In this document: positions 56,899 to 64,000 of the stretch, piece after piece
Numbering within the stretch: position 1 is the stretch's first letter
Layout: each line of letters begins with the position of its first letter
Assembly (NCBI GenBank): GCA_964291655.2
Contig: OZ219802.1
Span: 2,560,001 to 2,624,000 of the forward strand
DNA from: Chloroflexota bacterium
Lineage (GTDB): Bacteria; Chloroflexota; UBA11872; VXOZ01
Direction of reading: 5' to 3'
Length of the DNA: 64,000 nt
The notes under the pieces: generated by a model
Database searches by the model: none
Told to the model about the DNA's origin: nothing
Seen by the model: the letters and a program-made list of their open reading frames with translations, nothing else
Made by a program: the position numbers and the translations under genes

Positions 56899-58440
56899 AT
56901 GGGGATTGGACAGTGTTTGGTCGCGCTTGCGCTCGCACTTCTCATCATCCTGTGCGCGCCTTTCGCGCCGGCACAGGCGTCGGATGCCACTCCCCAGGAA
57001 CAAGCCATAACCAGACTCAACGAGTTGCGTGCGCATGCTAAGTCGCCTCCTGTGCAGGCTGACGCCAGTTTACAGCAGGCGGCGGAATCCCAAGCGGCGT
57101 ATTATGCCGAGAATGGTTTTACCGGGCACCACCAGGATCCTACCGGCGCCGGTTTCACGGGCGCGACGCCGACAGACCGCATCAGGGCCGCCGGTTTCAC
57201 GGGAAGGTGCACCGGTGAGTCAGCCTCCTCGATTAGTGACAGTCCGGTAGCCGCCGTGGACGCATTAGTGAATAGCGTCTATCACCGCACGATCATGCTG
57301 CACCCGGCGTTGACTTTTGTAGGCTATGGGCAGAGCGTGGGAGGGAGCGTGTTCAACTTTGGCGGTTGCCTCGACGACTCGCCGGACGTTGATCGACTAT
57401 ACGTCTATCCCGGCGATGGGCAAGCGGACGTGCCGACTAGCTTCTTGCCGATGACGGAACGTCCAAACCCGCTGCCGGACATTGAGGGATTCGTCGGCAG
57501 TCCCATAAGTGTCGGTGTATCGCCTTGGTTGCAAGAGTCTCTGAAGATCACGAGTCTGCACATCGTCGACCAAGCAGGCGTATCCTTGTCCTACCGCCGG
57601 GTTGACGACGATAGCTGGGCGTACTTCATGACCGAGCTTCCGCTTGGCGCTGGACAGACCTTCACCGTGAGCATCGCCGGGAATGCCGAGGGCAGCGACG
57701 TGGGTACGTTTGCGCGCACGTGGTCGTTTTCTACGCAGTCGGCCTTCTTACCGTATGTACTTGAATTGCGCTTTGTGCAGGGCACGCCGCATTTAGTAAC
57801 GGAATACGAAGCTGATGATTTCGCTTGCTTCAGCCAGACGACAGGACAGTCGCCCACGCTGGCCGGAGAAGTGGTCACGTTGCCTTGCTATGACGTCGTT
57901 GATGGCTCGAAGTCGTATGGCGCAGTTCCGTTTCTGGCGGAGTTCCGGCGCATTGGGGGAGTTGCGGCTCTGGGCTATCCGCTCACACGTGCCATTACCT
58001 ATGAGGGCAGGCCTACGCAGTTCTTTCAAAAGGGTGTGCTGCAGTGGCAACCGGCAACCCGCTCCTTTGTCTATCTCAATGTTTTTGACCAGCTTAGCGC
58101 GAAGGGCTTCGATCCGGTGCTGGCGGCCCGGTACCTAATCCCGCCGCCGGATGACACGTCCGCGGACGATGGGCTCAATTGGGACCAGGTGGCGGGCCGG
58201 CACTTAGCCATCTTGTATCAAGCTCCCGCAATCGCCAGGTATGTTCAGAACACTCCAAACTGGCTCGACCGGTTCGGATTGCCAATGAGTATCCAGGACT
58301 ACGGCAACGTAGTGGTGGTCCGCGCGCAACGGGCGGCCTTTCAGTGGTGGCGCGTCGATACAACTTTCGCCGCAGCGGGAGACGTAACGATTGTGAATAG
58401 TGGTGAAATCGCCAAGGCGCTGGGCGCGTTCGTGCGGTAG
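56899..58440 (+). CDS. Secreted CAP (SCP-like) domain protein with Ig-like and Chloroflexi-type C-terminal module
   Basis: Signal peptide; LNELR, GHHQ, DRIRAAG, SVYHRTIMLHP; GGVAALGYPLT...QFFQKGVLQW; start uncertain. Confidence 0.8.
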   Translation: MGIGQCLVALALALLIILCAPFAPAQASDATPQEQAITRLNELRAHAKSPPVQADASLQQAAESQAAYYAENGFTGHHQDPTGAGFTGATPTDRIRAAGFTGRCTGESASSISDSPVAAVDALVNSVYHRTIMLHPALTFVGYGQSVGGSVFNFGGCLDDSPDVDRLYVYPGDGQADVPTSFLPMTERPNPLPDIEGFVGSPISVGVSPWLQESLKITSLHIVDQAGVSLSYRRVDDDSWAYFMTELPLGAGQTFTVSIAGNAEGSDVGTFARTWSFSTQSAFLPYVLELRFVQGTPHLVTEYEADDFACFSQTTGQSPTLAGEVVTLPCYDVVDGSKSYGAVPFLAEFRRIGGVAALGYPLTRAITYEGRPTQFFQKGVLQWQPATRSFVYLNVFDQLSAKGFDPVLAARYLIPPPDDTSADDGLNWDQVAGRHLAILYQAPAIARYVQNTPNWLDRFGLPMSIQDYGNVVVVRAQRAAFQWWRVDTTFAAAGDVTIVNSGEIAKALGAFVR

Positions 58441-58538
58441 ACTTGGCGCATTCGGCAGTTTGTAGCCGTTCCCGCCCGTTAGGTACACTGAGTATAGGAT
58501 TCCTTGTTGACCCTGGCGGCAGAAGAGACACTCCACGC

Positions 58539-59207
58539 ATGCTAATTGACTTCCATTCCCACACTTTTCTCAGTGATGGTGTCCTTTCACCTGCGGAGCT
58601 TGTGCAGCGCGCAGTTGCCACCGGGTATCATGCGATAGCCATAACCGATCATGTGGGATACGCAAACTACCAATACGTGTGTGAAGCCCTGCTGCGGGAA
58701 TGTGAGGTCATTAATCGGGAGATGCCCATAACGGCGCTGGTGGGAGTTGAGATCACCCATGTCGCGCCGCGGGCGCTCGGTGCGTTGGCGGAGCGCTGCA
58801 AGGCGGCAGGCGCGCAGGTGGTTGCGGTGCACGGCGAAACGATATCGGAACCCGTACCGGCGGGCACAAACGCCGCGGCGGCGGAATGTGCGGCGGTAGA
58901 TGTCCTGGCGCATCCCGGTCTGTTGACTGTTGAAGAAGCCCGGGTAGGCCGGGAGCGCGGATTGGTCTACGAACTCTCGGCGCGCAAAGGGCACAGCGCC
59001 GCCAACGGACGGGTGGCGCGAGTCTGCCAAGAGGTCGGCGCCACCATGATCGTGAATAGTGACGCTCACGCGCCCGGGGACTTGCTCACCGAAGACCTGG
59101 TGGCAAGAGTTATCCTCGGAGCGGGTCTGGATACCACTCATTTGGAAACCATTCGGCAGGAGAACCCGTCGGCACTGCTGAAGCGCTGCGGGGATTCTGT
59201 CTCATAG
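58539..59207 (+). CDS. PHP-domain phosphoesterase (histidinol-phosphatase-like family)
   Basis: DFHSHTFLSDG, AITDH, GVEITH, VHGET, LAHPG, NSDAH. Confidence 0.9.
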   Translation: MLIDFHSHTFLSDGVLSPAELVQRAVATGYHAIAITDHVGYANYQYVCEALLRECEVINREMPITALVGVEITHVAPRALGALAERCKAAGAQVVAVHGETISEPVPAGTNAAAAECAAVDVLAHPGLLTVEEARVGRERGLVYELSARKGHSAANGRVARVCQEVGATMIVNSDAHAPGDLLTEDLVARVILGAGLDTTHLETIRQENPSALLKRCGDSVS

Positions 59208-59221
59208 ACGCAAGGGGAACT

Positions 59222-61711
59222 ATGGCGAAAGAGAGCAAGACAGTAGCGAAGAAGCGGAAGGCGTCGGAAGAAGCCTCGGGGGAGACCGCCACTGCCAACG
59301 GAGACGGGCCGAAGAGGAAGAAGACGCGCTCCGCAGACCGCCGCGACAGTGACATTGACTTGATGGATGCGATGCTCCATCCGGTGGAGCTACCGGTACT
59401 GGCTATCCGCGATCAGGTGGTTTTCCCAGGGATGACGGTGCCGCTCATTGTCGCGCGTGAGCGTTCGCTGGACGCCGTTAGCAATGCGCTCGACGGCGAC
59501 CGCAAGCTCTTTGTGGTGACGCAGCGTGACCCAAACATCGACGAGGTCAATCCTGAAGACTTCTATTTCGTCGGCGTAGAGGTCACCATACGGCGTACGC
59601 TCAAGATGCCGGATGGCAGCGTAAGCATCTTGGTGGAGGGACAACGCCGACTGACGATCACCCACTTTCTCCAATTAGACCCACATATTCGCGTGCAGGC
59701 TATTGTCGTAGAGCCGCCGCCTGCGGAAGGCGAAGAGTTTAAGGCACAGATGCAGGCGATGCTCGCGCTCTTCAAGGAAGCGGTAGACCTAAGCAAGGAC
59801 CTTCCGGACGAAGCGTACGTGCAGGCGATCAACACCCACGATGCCGGCGCTTTGGCAGACTTGATCGTCTATACGATCGATCTGAGCACGCCGGTGCAGC
59901 AAGAGTTGTTGGAGGAGCTTGACGTACCTACACGCGTGGAAAAAGTGATCGCGCACTTGCGGCGCGAATTGGAAATCCTCGCTTTGCAGCGCAAGTTCGA
60001 CGAGGATGCCGCGCCCACATCCACAGACGCCGAAGAACATGAGCGGTTTCTGCGTGAACAGCTCAAGCTCATCCATAAGGAGTTGGGAGAGACCGATCAG
60101 GTCAGCAGCGATATCGCCGACTTGCGGGAACGAGTGGAGGAGACACCGCTGCCGGAGGACGTGAAGGAGAAAGCGTACAAGGAGCTTGACCGGCTGGAAG
60201 CGATGCCCACCGCCAGCCCGGAAGTAAGCGTTATCCAAACCTATCTGGACTGGCTGTTGGCCTTGCCCTGGGGAGAACCAAGCCAAGATGATTTGGATAT
60301 TGAGCACGCAGGCAAGGTCCTGAACGCAAACCATTACGGTCTTCCCAAAGTAAAGGAGCGCATCCTCGAATACATTGCGGTGCGCAAGCTCGCCCCCGAC
60401 ATACGGACGCCGATTTTGTGCTTTGTGGGGCCGCCGGGAGTAGGCAAGACCTCGCTTGGCCTCTCAATTGCGCAGGCGCTCGGCCGGAAGTTCGTGCGCA
60501 TTTCTCTGGGCGGAATTCGCGATGAAGCAGAGATCCGCGGCCATCGGCGAACGTACGTGGGAGCGTTGCCGGGCCGCATTTTGCAGGCCATGCGCCAGGT
60601 AGGTACGGTAAATCCGGTTTTCATGCTGGATGAGATCGAGAAGATGGGCGCAGACTTTCGGGGAGACCCATCCGCGGCCTTGCTCGAGGTGCTCGACCCG
60701 GAGCAGAATTATGCGTTCTCCGACCACTACCTTGAGGTGCCCTACGATCTTTCCAACGTCATTTTTATAACCACGGGCAACACCGTAGATACGTTGGCGG
60801 TAGCGTTGCGCGACCGCATGGAAGTAATCGAACTCCCCGGCTATACGGAAGAAGACAAGCTGCCAATTGCTACGCGGTACATCGTGCCGAAGCAGCGGGC
60901 TGAACACGGCTTGAAGAAGAGCAACGTGCGGTTTACTGAAGGCGCGCTGCGCGGTATGGTGCGCCAATACACGCGTGAGGCGGGAGTGCGCAATTTGGAG
61001 CGGCAGGTGGCAACGGTTTGCCGCAAGGTGGCGCGCAAGCACGCGGAAGGCGACGATACGACAGTTTCGGTAAGCATCCGGAATTTGAACTCGTACCTTG
61101 GCGCGCCGCAGTTCTTCTACGGTATGGCGGAAGAGGACGATCAGGTCGGCACGGCAACCGGTCTCGTGTGGACGGAATTTGGTGGTGACATCATCGCCGT
61201 GGAAGTAACCCTGGTGCCGGGGAAGGGCAAACTTATCCTTACCGGCAAGCTGGGAGAGGTGATGAAAGAATCCGGGCGCGCGGCGCTGAGCTATGCCCGC
61301 GTGCACGCAGAGCGGCTGCACTTGCAGAACTACGATTGGGAGAAGACGGACGTCCATATCCACGTGCCCGCGGGCGGCGTACCGAAAGAAGGCCCCAGCG
61401 CCGGCATAACGCTCACCACGGCATTGATTTCGGCGCTCACCGAGCGGGCGGTGCGGCGCGACGTAGCCATGACCGGCGAGATGACGTTGCGCGGCCGCGT
61501 GCTGCCCATCGGGGGCTTGAAAGAAAAAGTCCTCGCCGCGCACCGCGCCGGTATCCGCACAATCGTCTTGCCCAAAGAGAACACGAAAGACCTGGTAGAC
61601 GTTCCGGAACACGTCCGCGACGATATCACCTTTCATCCGGTAGAAGACGTAAACGAAGTCCTGGGCATTGCCCTCCACCCCAGGAAGAAACGGGTCAAGG
61701 CTACCGCGTAG
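59222..61711 (+). CDS. lon: ATP-dependent protease La
   Basis: GPPGVGKT, GHRRTYVGALPG, HVPAGGVPKEGPSAG, IGGLKEK. Confidence 0.98.
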   Translation: MAKESKTVAKKRKASEEASGETATANGDGPKRKKTRSADRRDSDIDLMDAMLHPVELPVLAIRDQVVFPGMTVPLIVARERSLDAVSNALDGDRKLFVVTQRDPNIDEVNPEDFYFVGVEVTIRRTLKMPDGSVSILVEGQRRLTITHFLQLDPHIRVQAIVVEPPPAEGEEFKAQMQAMLALFKEAVDLSKDLPDEAYVQAINTHDAGALADLIVYTIDLSTPVQQELLEELDVPTRVEKVIAHLRRELEILALQRKFDEDAAPTSTDAEEHERFLREQLKLIHKELGETDQVSSDIADLRERVEETPLPEDVKEKAYKELDRLEAMPTASPEVSVIQTYLDWLLALPWGEPSQDDLDIEHAGKVLNANHYGLPKVKERILEYIAVRKLAPDIRTPILCFVGPPGVGKTSLGLSIAQALGRKFVRISLGGIRDEAEIRGHRRTYVGALPGRILQAMRQVGTVNPVFMLDEIEKMGADFRGDPSAALLEVLDPEQNYAFSDHYLEVPYDLSNVIFITTGNTVDTLAVALRDRMEVIELPGYTEEDKLPIATRYIVPKQRAEHGLKKSNVRFTEGALRGMVRQYTREAGVRNLERQVATVCRKVARKHAEGDDTTVSVSIRNLNSYLGAPQFFYGMAEEDDQVGTATGLVWTEFGGDIIAVEVTLVPGKGKLILTGKLGEVMKESGRAALSYARVHAERLHLQNYDWEKTDVHIHVPAGGVPKEGPSAGITLTTALISALTERAVRRDVAMTGEMTLRGRVLPIGGLKEKVLAAHRAGIRTIVLPKENTKDLVDVPEHVRDDITFHPVEDVNEVLGIALHPRKKRVKATA

Positions 61712-62053
61712 AGATTTGCCTCTCCAAGGCGCACTCAGAGTAATGTGCGCTGCGAGAATGCAAGGGAGTATTTGGGGAAACCTGTCAAATTGCGCAGGTG
61801 GGCATTCACCCGCTCGCTGCTCTTTTGTTTGGTAGCGCAGGCTTAAATCCTGCGTAGCTCACGCGCGTTGCACGTTTCGCTGCAAGCGCCAATTGCTCCT
61901 ATGCCAAATAGAGGGTTAGGGACACCACAGCGTCTTGCCCGTGATTCGTGGTCTCTTCGATTCCGGACTTTGCCGGAATGACGAAGAACGCCGCCTCCTT
62001 GAGCAACACGCGGCTCACACGGCGTGTCGACCCTGCCACGGTAAACTAATGTT

Positions 62054-63193
62054 TCACACGTGATGCAGCAGCGTGTTCGTCACGCGTTTGAAGACGTGAA
62101 TTGCCCGTTGCGCGCCAAGGTGTTTGCCCGCAGTGCCGTTATTGATCTCATAGAATGCATGCGGTACGCCGAGGCGCTTGGCAAATTGGTAGCAGAGCGT
62201 GTTGGGTTGGTGGATACTCGCCCGCTCGTGGGTGGAAGGACCGTCTGTCTCCAGGCGCATGGTGTCGCAGACCGCGGCATAGAGCCTACGTTGCTCAGGA
62301 TCGCTAAATAGGGTACGGTCTTCTACCTCATACCAGCCGTCGTAGGGAAATTCGCTATTCAATCGCCAACCGGTAAAGCAATGAAAGTTCATCCAGAGCG
62401 CGGGCCTTTCCGTGGCTACCCAATTCCAGAGTAGGCGGCTCTCGTGGGCTTCCGGCAGGTCGGCAGCGGGACTGTCGCCAAATGCCTGGTACATGTCGAA
62501 GCCCTCGGCATTGAACGCATTGCGGCCGAGCACGTTGCCGTCCGGGTTTACCGTGGGCACTATGAACACATCAAGTTCACGGCGCAGCGCCTCTGCATCC
62601 GGCAATGCCGAAGAGATGAAATCGGCAATGCCCAGCACCCCCCAAACACCGGCATGTTCATGCGGATGCTGTCCGGCCACGCAGAAGAGTTTCGGCTTGC
62701 CCGGCGTGCCCGCGCGTAGTCCCAATATCTCTCGGCCTTGCACCGATGTGCCTACGGAGAAGAGCGCGCAGCGGTCGGCGCGCTCCGCCGCGAACTGGCG
62801 CAGGCACACGGCAATTTCGCTGTAGGGAGCCACGTACGTCATTGCCACACGCACGTGCTGGTCTTGCTCCACGGGCACGGTGAAATCAATGTGACCCTCG
62901 ATGCTTGCGGGCGGCGTACCCGGCAAGGGCCGATAGCGATGGAATTCCACCGGCTTGAACCAGATTGTTGTTGGGAAGAGCGTGCGAAATCCGGTGGGCT
63001 TCTCGAACTTTGCATCTTCCCACAGCTCGATAGTTACGTCAGTCGCCGGTCCATCATTGATCACATCGAAGCAAAAGTACCCGCAGTAGCCACTCTGCTT
63101 GTCGCCATCTACCTGCAGGCGAAAGTGGCCTGGCGCCAGTTGTTCGATTGCTTTCCCATTGCCACATTCGAAATCGCTGGTGATCCTGATCAT
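62054..63193 (-). CDS. M14 zinc carboxypeptidase family protein (cytosolic type)
   Basis: SDFECGNG, GTSVQGR, QHPHE, VNPDG, NFH. Confidence 0.85.
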   Translation of the reverse strand: MIRITSDFECGNGKAIEQLAPGHFRLQVDGDKQSGYCGYFCFDVINDGPATDVTIELWEDAKFEKPTGFRTLFPTTIWFKPVEFHRYRPLPGTPPASIEGHIDFTVPVEQDQHVRVAMTYVAPYSEIAVCLRQFAAERADRCALFSVGTSVQGREILGLRAGTPGKPKLFCVAGQHPHEHAGVWGVLGIADFISSALPDAEALRRELDVFIVPTVNPDGNVLGRNAFNAEGFDMYQAFGDSPAADLPEAHESRLLWNWVATERPALWMNFHCFTGWRLNSEFPYDGWYEVEDRTLFSDPEQRRLYAAVCDTMRLETDGPSTHERASIHQPNTLCYQFAKRLGVPHAFYEINNGTAGKHLGAQRAIHVFKRVTNTLLHHV

Positions 63194-63365
63194 GTAACGC
63201 TCCTTTGCTTGGCTTACTCCATTGCGCTTGATTTTGCTGCCTTAGGGAGACCTCCGTATCGAGTACGGGCAGGCGCGCGCTCTCCAGTCTAAAGCGTACT
63301 CTGCCAACAGTTGGCATCGAGTTGGATCAGCGCCGCATTCCCCTCACCCCGGCCCCCTCCCCCAG

Positions 63366-63600
63366 GAGACCTTTGCGCAACTCAAGCTGTAGCGAAATAG
63401 TTCCCTCTCCCTCGACGGGAGAGGGCTAGGGTGAGGGTGGATCTCCTGCAATCTCTCCATTTGCACACCAAATCTGCCCTGATACGTCTTGACACTTCCC
63501 AGCGTAAAGGGCCATCGTAGCAAAAAGACCCCCTCACCCCAACCCTCTCCCCCAGGAGAGGGAGTGCCCCTGATTGAAAGTGGGGTTATGCAAAGTCTCC
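63366..63600. mobile_element. IS5-like MITE inserted in a family D REP hairpin
   Basis: GAGACCTTTGCGCAACTC ... GGGTTATGCAAAGTCTC; CCAG on both flanks; colinear with 44216-44479. Confidence 0.8.
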
Positions 63601-64000
63601 CCAGGGAGAGGGTGCAAAACGCGGCGCCGAGAAGTTGCGGAGCCCTCCGGTTCCCTCTCCTGGGGGAGAGGGTTAGGGTGAGGGGGCCAGCTCACTTGCT
63701 GGCTAGAGTTTTGCAAAAGTCCCTCAATAGCATGAAATCAGTTTACGCCATGCTGCGGTCAGTCAACCATCTAACTAAAGAGGGAAACCAGCACATGCCA
63801 GTGGATACCATGCCATGCTTCCCTGCCGTGAAAGACGCTGCAAGCAGCGGCCATGCTACTATCAAGGCGGTGACGCTGCGGCTGCAAGGTAGCAAACGTC
63901 CCCATGGGAAGAGCGGTCGCGAACATGCCGCGCATGCGTGTGTAGGGCTGACCGGCAGGGGCAAGAAGGAGTCTCCTGATGAACACGGGGGCCCCAACGA

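Noticed and set aside
63743-64000. Gene at the window edge
   Set aside because: Short ORFs in two frames with no motifs; cannot be supported.

Overview
A high-GC bacterial chromosome segment, most likely Chloroflexota. This is inferred from the rpoB/rpoC insertions, the Chloroflexi-type surface modules and the Tat lipoprotein solute-binding proteins. The gene mix resembles marine or sponge-associated lineages (inference). Housekeeping genes are dtd, rpoC, rpoB, secA, rpsO and lon. Between them are four orphan sugar-type solute-binding proteins, a ZnuABC-type metal transporter and many catabolic enzymes: amidohydrolase, FAD oxidoreductase, isochorismatase-like, polysaccharide deacetylase, two M14-like peptidases, three Gfo/Idh/MocA, a DegT aminotransferase, a sulfatase and a PhyH dioxygenase. 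There are three tandem paralog pairs: NHL-repeat surface proteins, Gfo/Idh/MocA, and TolB-like+LRR proteins, one of which is split at a G12 tract. A fused Type IIG-like restriction-modification gene is translationally coupled to an AT-richer multi-pass membrane protein and is a candidate two-gene defence module. Intergenic DNA holds at least six REP-like palindrome families and several IS5- and IS481-derived MITEs, three of them inserted in the same REP hairpin family. No rRNA, tRNA, CRISPR array or autonomous transposase was seen.
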